Assembly: GCA_903884505.1 (NCBI GenBank)
Contig: CAISET010000015.1
Span: forward strand, 10,819-74,818
Direction: 5' to 3'
Source of the DNA: an uncultured Candidatus Micrarchaeota archaeon
GTDB taxonomy: Archaea; Micrarchaeota; Micrarchaeia; Burarchaeales; Fermentimicrarchaeaceae
DNA length: 64,000 nucleotides
Shown here: positions 21,901 through 29,631 of the stretch, in pieces
Position numbering within the stretch: the stretch's first letter is position 1
Layout of the letters: every line of letters begins with the position of its first letter
Position numbers and translations under genes: made by a program
The notes under the pieces: model-generated
What the model was told of the DNA's origin: nothing
Seen by the model: only the letters and a program-made list of their open reading frames with translations
The model's database searches: none

Positions 21901-23287
21901 CTCCATAATGACGGACATGGACGCGGATTGCAGGTGGGACGCGGCCGAGATGAACTATACCAACATGCCCCTTAACCACAGCTTCAACACTACGGGTGGC
22001 CACTGGGCCAACCTTGCGAACGCAACTCCGGGCCAGGGCCTCAACATGTTCTTCATCCGCTGCAGGAGCAAGGGAGGAAGCGCAATCGAGATGAGCTCGT
22101 CAGCGCTGTTGGCCTTCAACTATGACACGATTCAGCCCACGATATACGGGCTGGGCTGGTATCTGGACGATGGGGCGCAAAAAATGTACCTGGACTTTGC
22201 GTCCGATGAGCCGCTCGACCTGAGCTCGCTCGCCCTGACATTCAACAACACCCCGATGACCCATGACGGCGGCAACGGCATGAACTTCGTATACAGCTTC
22301 AACTACTCTGCACTCCCCGATGGGACCTACGAAGTCAACATGACGTCATGCAAGGACCTTGCGGGCAACATATGCGTGCAGAGCGGCGTGCTACTCGGCG
22401 AGTTCCCATTCGATGTGACAATCGACAGGGCGGCGCCCGCTATATCCGGTGTCGGCTACAACGCGAGCACGTGGAACCTTACTGCCACGACCAATGAGAG
22501 CGCGACCTGCAAGTGGTCATGGGCGAATGAGGACTACTGGGACATGCCGAATGCAATGACCGGGTCGGGCACGGGCCACTTCGCATTGGTGCCACTGCCT
22601 GAAGGGTCATACAACATCTACATCAAATGCGCGGACGGGTCATACAACGTCGGCAACTATACCTACAGCGTGAGCGTGGATACGATGCCGCCGGTGATAA
22701 CCGCCTCGAGCCCGACCGGCGTAATCGCAACGAGCTCGCCAACGCTCAACGTGACGACGAATGAGGCGTCAATCTGCAGGTATGCAACCAGCGCGTTCAA
22801 CTATGACGCGGGCGGCATTCTGATGGACAACACAACGAGCGGGCTTGTGCACACGAAGCCGCTGAGTGGGCTGAATGACAGCACCTATCTCTACTATGTG
22901 CTCTGCCGCGACGCTGCAGGGAACACGATGGCTTCGCCGCTGCCCATAACCTTTGTCATAGACACCCGCGGCAACTTCAACTACACCTATGACCTGAGCG
23001 TGGGCTGGAACAACTTCTTCCTGCCGAGGATAGTCCTCCAGAACTTCACCTCGCTTGGAGGAAACTACACGGTCAAGAACGTGCTCGAGACAAAGGGCGG
23101 ACTGACAAACACGAGCTACAACATGCTGTATTACAGGAACGCCACTTCGTGCCCGGCGCAGAACGGAAGCTGCTGGAGGTCGTATGTGCCCGGAGACACG
23201 GCGAACGACCTGACGGAGTTCAACGACTGGGACAACCTGCCTTACTGGATACACATGCTGCTGGCAGACAGGCTGGAGATACCGTAA
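12962..23287 (+). CDS. Giant (~3440 aa) secreted surface protein with tandem beta-rich/Ig-like repeats
   Basis: Hydrophobic signal LLVPVLLIIFSLSASA; T/G/S/N/Y-rich with many NxS/T sequons; internal repeats; C-terminal T(D/N)ExAxC-type modules; ends LSVGWNNFFLP...YWIHM with no TM anchor. Confidence 0.85.
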   Translation: MKNKKNRGGAGDTASQTADCVFSSAGKAMLLVPVLLIIFSLSASAAVSFRGDWPNDGNSYRVEIYDLGQASPCDNESDNGTLLAGSGNIQGNDQFDSNDEYLLPLSLTSSGNLYIYFCNSADNTTLVSYVRNTTAGSNVELDFGKVVGTAATNNDLGSKYVHVCDALNGGTNIASSSALTAADGSYTQYYYLDEPSVATGGTNIPNLYIFFDNDNSNKCTFDATKIAGLHVIPSTQLPYNYGVNISYSPGTKLSSNAHADIMASGYLKVQRAAGDNEFVGMTGELTGGAGAYNLYYQNPATGTLTVYVYTGAVPDTTPEEIITGLANGASGNALDLSVRISGSVPSDVATVTTTIGGLTYNVSTIAGTPKTYNLYIPTGQAPAIAFKDAGGATLFTYNYGASVGSDDTLNVGKLYGNVHANLDGAGNTIQVFEDSACTANGSIESLAVVPHTANSPDYVAYFADGKNSTGPDYWVGINDSGYTICGNGFQLSSEERNMDFTSLITGTVSAGIYTAGAMALDADDDGVYSAGDPFTTHFDTSHNYELYVNSSGSHNILAFSTVAGGYPGTLELNISKTIAVDTTFNVGQVDWQAANVSADLTGASAVCGTGACWLSVYNGTSDVSSKTKTFAADGSQFYAVPAGTVDFQIWGDGGLVSYVSGYTPDADYRVTFEPGYNVTMTAPAGMIWAITGGGTFANYSSNAAGEQIYVDKSEEELPTTYTYSAYTTSPTTLRLSWGSKDASTDATWEVDKVSGASPAILDVSGSDTGDIQVASNLTACRAGTFVSSELVQPASGNYAQYYEGSAATYYVRARYAKAGTGNFDSCVKFSGSGGGASDTAGLVEVTGTVPSTSLGVKDLTEVGADNAELSGWTTANDSGDDATTLSFYSNVYHLVSLKDTAATTAHVRFYISGPGVALITQEDLALAGSSTTVNVDDIRGNVPALLDTAVLEGSTASGEICGGTPPIPGSKVAVATASDPGYRLYAKATGASFYVNFCDTNNTEGLGANTKLLEESVTTTSSGGHTFLLNVSRVGGAAHADLTDGDDPFSVYSGSGCTTPLSSETLYGLNPGTYAGSENYSQYYQTSGAGNYYLGVVEDGNTSCMRFSGGVAGSNDVVDITTKLSGTVPTAITKVAAANASGDGTIDAFTTDITAGAYALYIPSGSATSSALAYEGATLRLNRTKDLSVSDANFDVNEVHGDKSLLHSDIRGGTWYIEVWNTGGGKVSSETVDMGGGSGTYKQFYEDHLGYDIRIYNASHELAYYVYGYNPGVSGGDDLTFEPDTKLTTTAPTGIAAVEAIDKTRDDFTYRDNTSAPSNPYFTMYVANSTSYDLNAYTDSFTTLGLARTVALGTDKDLSGGDYEWIIGEITGNCANINSALKPAGGPGAMHVKVVDDYTNIGGWAEYSSQTVDLVTTCGTSPSYMQYYDESDVKNATNADIVFTISGSDYFVIKDYAPATNPDVMTLEPQYELTIVDPGPSDIQSAKFNLTAGALGTGTAAVEIVADGSANLVQLSSIYLPAKSGYTFHAYTATDLSGEVLERNSKAMAADDDWNIADVTGANASIHADLADGTHRIFVYANDDSTIVSGIQSGTQYATVGDYTLYYDVDDAGASAYIQVTTNTSALLTRYKYALPGLVGGDSLTFEPDTLLNVTYPASLNAGSFSYNDGTYNYYITAGENGGDTYVQSGSGYNFSAYTGAAWTTEVLRRAGKAVAPATTSWDIAEVTGNSTYLHPYLIGHQVKIYNNTDTGMVSGIEGGQQYVTIPAAGNNYTIYYDVGDADGSMYIHINSPALLLTRYHYNGPQFAGAGSLTFQPDTLINVTYPASMNNGSFKYTDSGGFDYLIKATENGTYVEADKSLYNFSAYSDAAWSALELNRTGKTVTAPTTPWNIADVYWNTTYVNGDLSGAAAQLEVYTTAGSLVSSETRTFDADDYQYYEVPDSGNVDFRVYDNPGAAVLFYAYNFTPSAAGNTMFEPYSPVVAHAPGTIHSWAIRGHNFTYRDNTTSLIIYVDYLEEYYNTDYIYKAYTGDFAGDVLSMGPKDASLNPHWYVNTVTNPYIHNDLVGSANLTVVYLNAGTDTDCDTATALSSPTDQIWANGIKKYYEGEGAGAKYVEIKVTNGSYVTCINTLGLEPVGGDQNTDYDLDVKTNGTVNSGIVTVYIDSNPTSNDDISQATVASGSVKLYNIYWAGASPADISYNDSTTKQLDLTGRNLTTNPTTINVGKVSGLSHPDMTTAQVYFDSACNTTQLSTETTGEPFNASGTPPYAYQRYFEDNGTQYLAVSDGVHTTCGTGGFTLSNEDATINMGRMVSGSTPSSTYDVVTWGGLPADADIVSIAANMSGGATNDFTTSPVSTGPAAPDDYVLFVDSDALGLSTTMLDFYANITPTGLVFDKAVDLSALDNVTNVAKVAGLADAGLWGGQFRVCDAIPSLADWGGCTTYLDSVPVMPANGSLATLDYDLFFEQPAVTDYYVELHSTGAYGGAPSYTYHLVSTTQSGDYIYQDFDGVVFGTVNETYNATVPIPNVEVNVYTGITDLVKAYTDAAGYYELYSGSSSGPMFIGEPAMPYGVAYNMSFQKAGYVTRDWNTDPNDTTDYSTPFVDSSSPLGDFGINGAAYPLAGAIGPDRLYLQLLSGIIVNVTDLGGNPINDATVSIYDCSFSSNPADCTTIGTCTNPPGGVLTGNCTLAAANNPDAYPGQYFFAGTTTPGDYVQIRVAKAPFDTQFDPDPNASVNNNIGGGGALQALVKTIRMINPAPKCSLEVTAPGGMSYQDRQYLVVANDSAVKFVVQCGEAGLDVTGDMSPLGGDPLVSFYPDYALGTVYNHWQGINASDDTYRLPINASDGVNTWQGLGYVEVDGTPPGIYDYYPHGGTFNTKSVTFGVWTDEIAVCHYDTNPNDIFWNMSYTMAGDGSQHTGMVYADNGANTVYVRCADRLGNAMNTSQEISFNVDAVAPSVTNVSPAYLIKPYNATNRGNVSIMTDMDADCRWDAAEMNYTNMPLNHSFNTTGGHWANLANATPGQGLNMFFIRCRSKGGSAIEMSSSALLAFNYDTIQPTIYGLGWYLDDGAQKMYLDFASDEPLDLSSLALTFNNTPMTHDGGNGMNFVYSFNYSALPDGTYEVNMTSCKDLAGNICVQSGVLLGEFPFDVTIDRAAPAISGVGYNASTWNLTATTNESATCKWSWANEDYWDMPNAMTGSGTGHFALVPLPEGSYNIYIKCADGSYNVGNYTYSVSVDTMPPVITASSPTGVIATSSPTLNVTTNEASICRYATSAFNYDAGGILMDNTTSGLVHTKPLSGLNDSTYLYYVLCRDAAGNTMASPLPITFVIDTRGNFNYTYDLSVGWNNFFLPRIVLQNFTSLGGNYTVKNVLETKGGLTNTSYNMLYYRNATSCPAQNGSCWRSYVPGDTANDLTEFNDWDNLPYWIHMLLADRLEIP

Positions 23288-23338
23288 GGTTCTCCTTCCC
23301 TTTCATTTTTATCATTCATTCTGGATTGGGGTGAGTAA

Positions 23339-24661
23339 ATGGTCAGAAACGGGATGTTGGTATTCGCCTTCCTGCTAGCAAGCGCGCTTCTTGTCTCTGC
23401 GGACGTCGGGGTGGGTGACTGGACGGGCAATCTGTTCATCAACGGAAACATTGCCCCTTCAAATGCCGACGGCATTCCGATATGCGCCTACGTTGGCAGC
23501 AGCTCCACGCCCAATGACGACACCACGGTGGGCGCCGAAGCGAGCGGCTATTACCTGCTGCATGTTTTTGCTTCTGCCGGCGAAAATGTCAATTTCAGGG
23601 TGTTCTGCGAATATCCCGTGAATGAGAACCCCCAGGCTTGGAGTGCAAGCCCGCCAAGGCATTACCTCAACCTCACAATAACCCACACGACTCCCCCAGT
23701 CATAACCGTGATAGCGCCCATCGGCAGCAGCGTGCCATCCGGCAGTGTTGCGATGATTGTTGCCACTGACGAGCATGCGACATGCAGGTATTCGACCACG
23801 CCGGGAGTGGCATACGGGAGCATGGCTTCGGCAACCACCTCAACGCTTGGTACCACGCATACATGGGCCATCTCCGCGCCTGCAGACGGCACGGTTTACA
23901 CCTACTATGTTAAGTGCAGGGACCAATTCGGCTTCATCAGCAGCGATGCAACGGTAAGCTTCACCACGGCGGGAGGCGGAGGAGGCGGCGGAGGCGGTGG
24001 CGGCGGAGGAGGCGGTGGAGGCGGCGGAGGCGAAGCCGGACCCACGCCAACGCCACGGCCAGGTGCGTCCCCGGGAGCAAGCCCTCTGCCTCCGGGATGC
24101 TCCCTACTCGGGGGCCAGTGTGCCGATGCAACCGACTGCTGTGATGCCGGCGCGACATGCGCGAACTACGTCTGCACCCAGCCGCAGATAACTCCCACGC
24201 CCAGCGGCAGGTTCGTGAACCTCACAGTCCCTGGAACAGTCACCGTAAATTCGACCGTGCGCCTGCACGTGACAGACGCGGTGACCGGGGCATCGATCGC
24301 GAACGCGACCGTGACAGTGACGACGCCGAGCGGTGAGCTGATAACCCTAGTCACGGATTCATACGGGGCTGCCAGCTTCTTTGCAGCCGAAATCGGCCTT
24401 TACAACTACGGCATCATCGGCTTCAGGTTCTCCATGCCCAAATCAACAAATTCGCTGGCGCCGTCCGGGCCTGGCGCAACGCCTACGGCCGTCCCGAGCA
24501 TCACCCCAAGCCCAAGCCCGACGCCTGGCGGAGGCGGATTGCCGCCCTGGGCAGGGCTGGCTGCGCTCGTTGTGGTAGTCTTAATGGTCGCAGTTGCGGC
24601 TGCGGGCGCGTTCATCCTCGCCCACAGGCACCACGGGCGCAAGCAGAAAAAGAAGAAGTAA
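23339..24661 (+). CDS. Membrane-anchored surface protein with Ig-like domain, poly-Gly linker and Cys-rich module
   Basis: Signal peptide; TDEHATCRY...YYVKCRD domain; ~20-Gly run at 23971-24030; C-terminal TM helix plus RKQKKKK. Confidence 0.85.
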   Translation: MVRNGMLVFAFLLASALLVSADVGVGDWTGNLFINGNIAPSNADGIPICAYVGSSSTPNDDTTVGAEASGYYLLHVFASAGENVNFRVFCEYPVNENPQAWSASPPRHYLNLTITHTTPPVITVIAPIGSSVPSGSVAMIVATDEHATCRYSTTPGVAYGSMASATTSTLGTTHTWAISAPADGTVYTYYVKCRDQFGFISSDATVSFTTAGGGGGGGGGGGGGGGGGGGGEAGPTPTPRPGASPGASPLPPGCSLLGGQCADATDCCDAGATCANYVCTQPQITPTPSGRFVNLTVPGTVTVNSTVRLHVTDAVTGASIANATVTVTTPSGELITLVTDSYGAASFFAAEIGLYNYGIIGFRFSMPKSTNSLAPSGPGATPTAVPSITPSPSPTPGGGGLPPWAGLAALVVVVLMVAVAAAGAFILAHRHHGRKQKKKK

Positions 24662-24676
24662 GCAGAGGGGTTACAC

Positions 24677-26110
24677 ATGAGCAGGCTCATCCCTTTCCTC
24701 CTTATTTTCCTTGTCTGCAGCATAGCTCTCGCGGATAGCGCGGCGGATGTAAACCAGGCAGCGACTCCTTTTCTGCTGCAGGGTGAAACCTTCACAAAGG
24801 CGCTCCACGTGATAGGGGGGCGCGACTACTACTTCGTGTCCATCAACGGCACGGAATCCATCGTGTTTGCGACTTATGGGGGCGTGCGCCCGGTATCGAA
24901 TGAAAGCGAGCTGAGGGACCTTCTCGCGCAGGAGCTCTCCGAAACGAACGTTTCCGTGGAGGCGTTCCTCCCCAACAGCACCGAGAAGGACAGGATATGG
25001 GGGTATGTGCTCGCTTTCAACGAGAGCAGGAAGAGGGAGCGCGACTGCGCGGCTCTAATAGGCATGGACAGGTTCCCCTGCTATGATTTGGAAACGTGCT
25101 GGCGCGCCTGCTACACCCCCGCATGCCAGACCATGAAGCTGGGCTCCGGCGCCTTTTTCCTCACCCTCGAGCAGAAGATGTACCTCAACATAACGTTCAT
25201 AGGCGGCAACATGTCGGAATTCGGGGAAACGCTCTACGCGCTCTCGCCAAACAGCACCACCACACGGACCGAATTGGAAAGCCTCTTGGGCAACATCCGG
25301 GGCATACGGGAGGCCTGCGGGAATGTCGAGTCAAATTCCATCCAGCAGCGCAGCGGGGTAGGCTTCTGCTACGCGGTGGTATACGAATATGGGGGGCTGA
25401 TAAATGCGTCCGCGGATATAACGCGCAGGAGGGATGCGCTGATGCCCCTCTTCACAGCGGATGAGACCGCTTCGCTGCTCCACAACCGCACGCTCGAGCG
25501 GCTCGGGGTGAAGGAGGCCAACCTTGCCCGCCCGCTATGCCTCCAGGTGAAGGGCGATGCCGAGGTGGAGCTCGGGCGGGCCAAGGCGAGCGCAAACCGG
25601 GCCCTCTCGCTGGTCTCATCCGCGGAAATCTCTTCGGATAAGCAGGAGCTGGATGCGTCATATGCTGGCCTGGACTGCGCGAACTCGTCAAACCAGGGGA
25701 TACGGGCATTCAACTCATCATTCTACCGCATCTCCGCGGGCCTGAACGCTGCCGCGTCCAGTGCCATACGCGCGTATGAAAGCACCTCGCAGAAGCTGAA
25801 TGGCTCGAAATCCCAGCTTTCCGCGCTTCAGGCGCAGGCCCCGAACGATGAGGAGGTGCAGGCGGTTGCGGCAAGCATCGCGGCCCTGGACTCGCGGCTC
25901 AGGGCGATGCCCAATCCGGAAGAGCTGCCGCAAATCAGCGCGGAGATAGGCGGCAACACCTCGAGGATGGCGGAGCTGAAAGCGCAGTTTGAGCAGCGGC
26001 AAACCTTCAACTACTACGCGTTAGGCGCGGGCGCAGTTCTCATCGCCATGGCGATTTTTGTCGCCGCAAGGGCCATGAACTCCACCCCAAAGAAGAAGAG
26101 CAGGGGCTGA
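24677..26110 (+). CDS. Secreted Cys-containing helical protein with C-terminal TM anchor
   Basis: Signal peptide, Cys cluster, coiled-coil stalk, TM helix and basic tail. Confidence 0.8.
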   Translation: MSRLIPFLLIFLVCSIALADSAADVNQAATPFLLQGETFTKALHVIGGRDYYFVSINGTESIVFATYGGVRPVSNESELRDLLAQELSETNVSVEAFLPNSTEKDRIWGYVLAFNESRKRERDCAALIGMDRFPCYDLETCWRACYTPACQTMKLGSGAFFLTLEQKMYLNITFIGGNMSEFGETLYALSPNSTTTRTELESLLGNIRGIREACGNVESNSIQQRSGVGFCYAVVYEYGGLINASADITRRRDALMPLFTADETASLLHNRTLERLGVKEANLARPLCLQVKGDAEVELGRAKASANRALSLVSSAEISSDKQELDASYAGLDCANSSNQGIRAFNSSFYRISAGLNAAASSAIRAYESTSQKLNGSKSQLSALQAQAPNDEEVQAVAASIAALDSRLRAMPNPEELPQISAEIGGNTSRMAELKAQFEQRQTFNYYALGAGAVLIAMAIFVAARAMNSTPKKKSRG

Positions 26111-26185
26111 GCATCCGCCGCCCCTTTTCGCCTAAGCCGGGAGCATTGCGCAATTTATATAATCCTCTTCTGCGAAATATGCCTA

Positions 26186-27109
26186 ATGGATAAGCAGAAG
26201 AAGGTCCCTTCCACGATATTCTCCAAGCCCCTTGGCGGGCGTGTGGAGGCCGACATAAAAACAGTCCTGCCCCAGCTTCCGGGCGCACCTTCTGACATGA
26301 CGCTGCGCGAAAGGCTCGGCAGGCTTTCAGCGCGCCTTCGGCCTTCGCTCAGGCCTTTCGCGAAATCCACGATAATCGTCGATGAGCAGAAGGCTTTCGT
26401 CAAGGAGGTAGCCGGGCTGGTTTACGAAAAGAGGGAGAAGCTGAAGGGGAAGGCGAGGCCAGTCATAGTTGCAATCGGCGGAAGGCGCGGGGCGAGCAAG
26501 AGCGGCAGCAGCGACGAGCTTGTGGCCGAGCTGGGAAGGAGGGGCCTGAAGGCGAAGGTCGTGCACATGGACAGCTACTTCAGGCAGGATGTTGACCCGG
26601 GCTCGATGGACCGCTGGGACAATCCTTACAACAGCGATTTGAAGCTCGCAGCATCAGCCCTGAAAATCCTGAGGAAGGGCAAGCCCGCGAAGATTCTTGA
26701 AGGCGGAAACGGGAAGATAGCCGAGCACGATGTATCTCCAAAGGAATTCCAGGTCATAATCGTGGAGGGCGTGCATGCCCTCAACCTGAAAATCTCCAGG
26801 CACTGCGACATCCGCGCATTCATACACGTGGCAGAAGGCCTTCAGTCCGAGCGTGTCCTCACGAAAGATATGAACAAGCCGAGCACGTTCGAGGAAAGGG
26901 TCCCCTGGGACTACAGGATAGGGATGAGCGAGCGCTCGAACAGGTGGTTCTGGCGCTACAACTGGCCGCGCATAAAGAAGGGCGACGCCGACGTTCTCTA
27001 TGTGGTCCGGCCCTCGGAGCGCGACGTTGACCGCATCTTGGAGTGGGCGGGGCTTCAGCATAGGAAGGATGAGCTCATGAAGCGCTGGCAAGTGGAGCCG
27101 CAGCCTTAA
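26186..27109 (+). CDS. Uridine kinase/phosphoribulokinase-like P-loop protein with degenerate Walker A
   Basis: VIVAIGGRRGASKS, VHMDSYF, WDNPYNSD, VIIVEGVHAL. Confidence 0.65.
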   Translation: MDKQKKVPSTIFSKPLGGRVEADIKTVLPQLPGAPSDMTLRERLGRLSARLRPSLRPFAKSTIIVDEQKAFVKEVAGLVYEKREKLKGKARPVIVAIGGRRGASKSGSSDELVAELGRRGLKAKVVHMDSYFRQDVDPGSMDRWDNPYNSDLKLAASALKILRKGKPAKILEGGNGKIAEHDVSPKEFQVIIVEGVHALNLKISRHCDIRAFIHVAEGLQSERVLTKDMNKPSTFEERVPWDYRIGMSERSNRWFWRYNWPRIKKGDADVLYVVRPSERDVDRILEWAGLQHRKDELMKRWQVEPQP

Positions 27110-27141
27110 CCAATATATTCTTCTCCTGCGGAAAATCACCT

Positions 27142-28347
27142 GTGCATGAAAAGACGATTGTAAACCCCTGGCCGAGGGTACTTCCTCCCGAGCCGGCTAC
27201 GTCGCAAAAGCTGGCGCTCGGCCCGATAGTCCCGATGCTCAGGGCGGCCGAAGTCGCTTCCCTGGAGGGGCGGCACGCAGCCGTCGGCGCGTTCAACATA
27301 AACTTCTACAGCCAGGCAGAGGGAATCCTGGAAGGCCTGAGGCGCGCAGAGGCGCCGGGGATATTGCAGGCGAGCCGCGGGGCGAACAAGTTCCAGGGCG
27401 GGCCGGAGAAGATAGCGAAGATGGCGGCAGAGGCAATAAAGGACTCCAAGCATCCGCTCCCGGTCTGCCTTCATTTGGACCACGGGGACGACGCAACCGC
27501 AATCGAATGCCTGGGCGCAGGCTTCGGCTCGGTCATGATTGATGTTTCAAAGCTGGACTATGACGCGAATATTTCTGCGGTAAGGGAGATTGTAAATCTC
27601 GCGCACCCAAGGGGCATCTCGGTTGAGGCAGAGCTTGGCGAGCTCTCAGGGGTTGAGGAGGATATCAAGGCGGAGAAGAGCACCTACGCCGACCCCAGGA
27701 AAGTCGCGGGCTTTTTTGAGAAGAGCGGCGCGGACGCGCTCGCAATCGCATACGGGACCTCGCACGGCCCGAGCAAGGGGGCAGGGGTGGGGAAGCTGGC
27801 AATCAGGATAGTTGACGAGTCGTACAGGGAGATGGGCGCGAACGGCCTGAACTTCGAGCATTTCCTTGTGAGCCACGGCTCCTCAACCGTTCCGCAGAAG
27901 CTGGTGGATGAAATCAACTCCTTCGGCGGCCAGATCAAGAGCGCGCAGGGAATCCCGATGGAGAAGATAGAAGCGGCGATAAAGGCAGGGATAAGGAAGG
28001 TGAACATAGACACGGACCTGAGGCTCGCAATCACAGCGACTTTCAGGCGCTATTTCGCAGAGAACCCGGGAATAGAGAGGGGCTCGCCCAACCTCGCAGG
28101 AATAAAGAAAGTCCTTGATGAAAAGCCTGCGACCATAGACCCGAGGGACTGCCTCGGGCACATAGACAAGGAGCTCATGCGCAGCAGCCCAAGGGGAAGC
28201 GATATTGAGGAGATTATGGGCCTTGTTAAGGCGCGCGTCGCCTCGCACGTGGAATATCTCTGCAGGGCTTTCGGGTGCGCAGGGCTGGCTGAGAAGACCG
28301 AAGGCCACTCGCTCGAGGAGATGGCTGCGTCCTACTCCAGGCAATAG
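27142..28347 (+). CDS. fba: Fructose-bisphosphate aldolase, class II
   Basis: AVGAFN, LHLDHG, SVMID, VEAELG, YGTSHG, SHGSS, KVNIDTD. Confidence 0.92.
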   Translation: MHEKTIVNPWPRVLPPEPATSQKLALGPIVPMLRAAEVASLEGRHAAVGAFNINFYSQAEGILEGLRRAEAPGILQASRGANKFQGGPEKIAKMAAEAIKDSKHPLPVCLHLDHGDDATAIECLGAGFGSVMIDVSKLDYDANISAVREIVNLAHPRGISVEAELGELSGVEEDIKAEKSTYADPRKVAGFFEKSGADALAIAYGTSHGPSKGAGVGKLAIRIVDESYREMGANGLNFEHFLVSHGSSTVPQKLVDEINSFGGQIKSAQGIPMEKIEAAIKAGIRKVNIDTDLRLAITATFRRYFAENPGIERGSPNLAGIKKVLDEKPATIDPRDCLGHIDKELMRSSPRGSDIEEIMGLVKARVASHVEYLCRAFGCAGLAEKTEGHSLEEMAASYSRQ

Positions 28348-28371
28348 GCAGGCATTCGCAATCCGCCTAAT

Positions 28372-28390
28372 TAGTTAATATATTTAACTA
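28372..28390. promoter_or_regulatory. Inverted repeat TAGTTAA-TATAT-TTAACTA overlapping the TATA region; candidate MarR operator
   Basis: Perfect 7-bp inverted repeat 30 bp upstream of the marR start. Confidence 0.65.
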
Positions 28391-28420
28391 TTCATACCAT
28401 TAACTAGTGATGGTTAGGCC

Positions 28421-28870
28421 ATGAACGAAGATTTGTCCGGGAGGATTGTGAACAACCTGGTGCAGCTGGTGCGCGTATCCCACTCCATAATAGTGCATGG
28501 CGACGCTTCCGGACCCAAAATATCTCCGCTCGACCCGCACTACGGGATCCTGTGGCTGCTGCAGAAGGAAGGCCTGCCGATGTCAGAGCTCGGAAAGCGG
28601 CTCCACCGCTCCAAGCCTAACATGACCGCAATAGTCAACAAGCTCATCGATGAAGGGAAGGTGAAAAGGCTGCCGGACAAGGATGACCGGCGCGTAGTGC
28701 GCATCATGATGACCGAGAAGGGGAGGGAGTTCCTCAAGGACGCCAAGCAGGCAGTCAGGGAGAATATGAGGAAGAGCCTTTCCGGCATAGACAAAGCTGA
28801 GCTTGAGGCGCTTGCCGAGGCATTGGAGCGCGCGAACAAGGTTGCAGCTAAGATGGGGCAGATGCGATGA
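28421..28870 (+). CDS. MarR-family transcriptional regulator
   Basis: MSELGKRLHRSKPNMTAIVNKL wHTH; DDRRVVRIMMTEKG. Confidence 0.92.
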   Translation: MNEDLSGRIVNNLVQLVRVSHSIIVHGDASGPKISPLDPHYGILWLLQKEGLPMSELGKRLHRSKPNMTAIVNKLIDEGKVKRLPDKDDRRVVRIMMTEKGREFLKDAKQAVRENMRKSLSGIDKAELEALAEALERANKVAAKMGQMR

Positions 28871-29631
28871 GCGAGCGCAAGGAATCAAAGGGAACCCGGG
28901 CGAAAGCGGCTGCAGTGCCCTACGCGGAGCCAACGGCGCAGGCTGTTGAGGCTCACGCGAAACTGGTTGTTCCGCAGCACGGCGGGCAAAAAGGGGACGA
29001 GAAGAAGAACATCATCTCCCAGATAACGGGCCACCCGCTTTTCGCAGAAATCGTGTTCGCCGTCCTCCTCGTAGCATTCGTCGGCGGGTTCCTCTACTGG
29101 CAGGACATGCAGGGCAAGATATACATAGAGAAGGCCGAGATAAGCGCGCCGCTAATCGCACTGGCACCGCAGGCGCCAGGGCCCATCGAGCAGGTCTACG
29201 TCCATGAGGGCGACAAGGTCTCAAGGGGACAGCGTCTCGCAAAAGTCGGGGACCAATACATCATAGCAAAGACCTCCGGAGTGATAGTTTGGATTAACGA
29301 TGCGCCCGGGCAGATGGCGACCGCACAAACCCCGGTCGTGGAGATGATAAACCCGTGGGACCTGCGCCTCATCGGCCGCATACCGGAGGACAAGGGGCTG
29401 AGCGACATAAGGTCGGGGCAAAGGGTCACGTTCACGGTTGACGCGTTCGGCTCCAAGGAATACGAGGGAGTGGTCGAATCCGTCGGTGAGTCCGCGCGCC
29501 AGTCTGACATAGTCTTCAGCATCTCGGACAAGCGCGAGGAGAGGGAGTTCGACGTGACCGCCTGGTTCGACACCTTCACCTACTCGGAACTCAAGAACGG
29601 GATGTCTGCGAAAATGACGATTCACAAATGA
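28867..29631 (+). CDS. EmrA/HlyD-like membrane fusion protein (short, little alpha-hairpin)
   Basis: Single TM; lipoyl half-motifs VYVHEGDKVSRGQRLA and IIAKTSGVI close together; GQRVTFTVDAF; LKNGMSA. Confidence 0.85.
   Translation: MSERKESKGTRAKAAAVPYAEPTAQAVEAHAKLVVPQHGGQKGDEKKNIISQITGHPLFAEIVFAVLLVAFVGGFLYWQDMQGKIYIEKAEISAPLIALAPQAPGPIEQVYVHEGDKVSRGQRLAKVGDQYIIAKTSGVIVWINDAPGQMATAQTPVVEMINPWDLRLIGRIPEDKGLSDIRSGQRVTFTVDAFGSKEYEGVVESVGESARQSDIVFSISDKREEREFDVTAWFDTFTYSELKNGMSAKMTIHK

Noticed and set aside
23971..24030. Poly-Gly, PT and PS runs as phase-variable repeats
   Set aside because: Codon-degenerate, in-frame protein linkers rather than pure slippage tracts.
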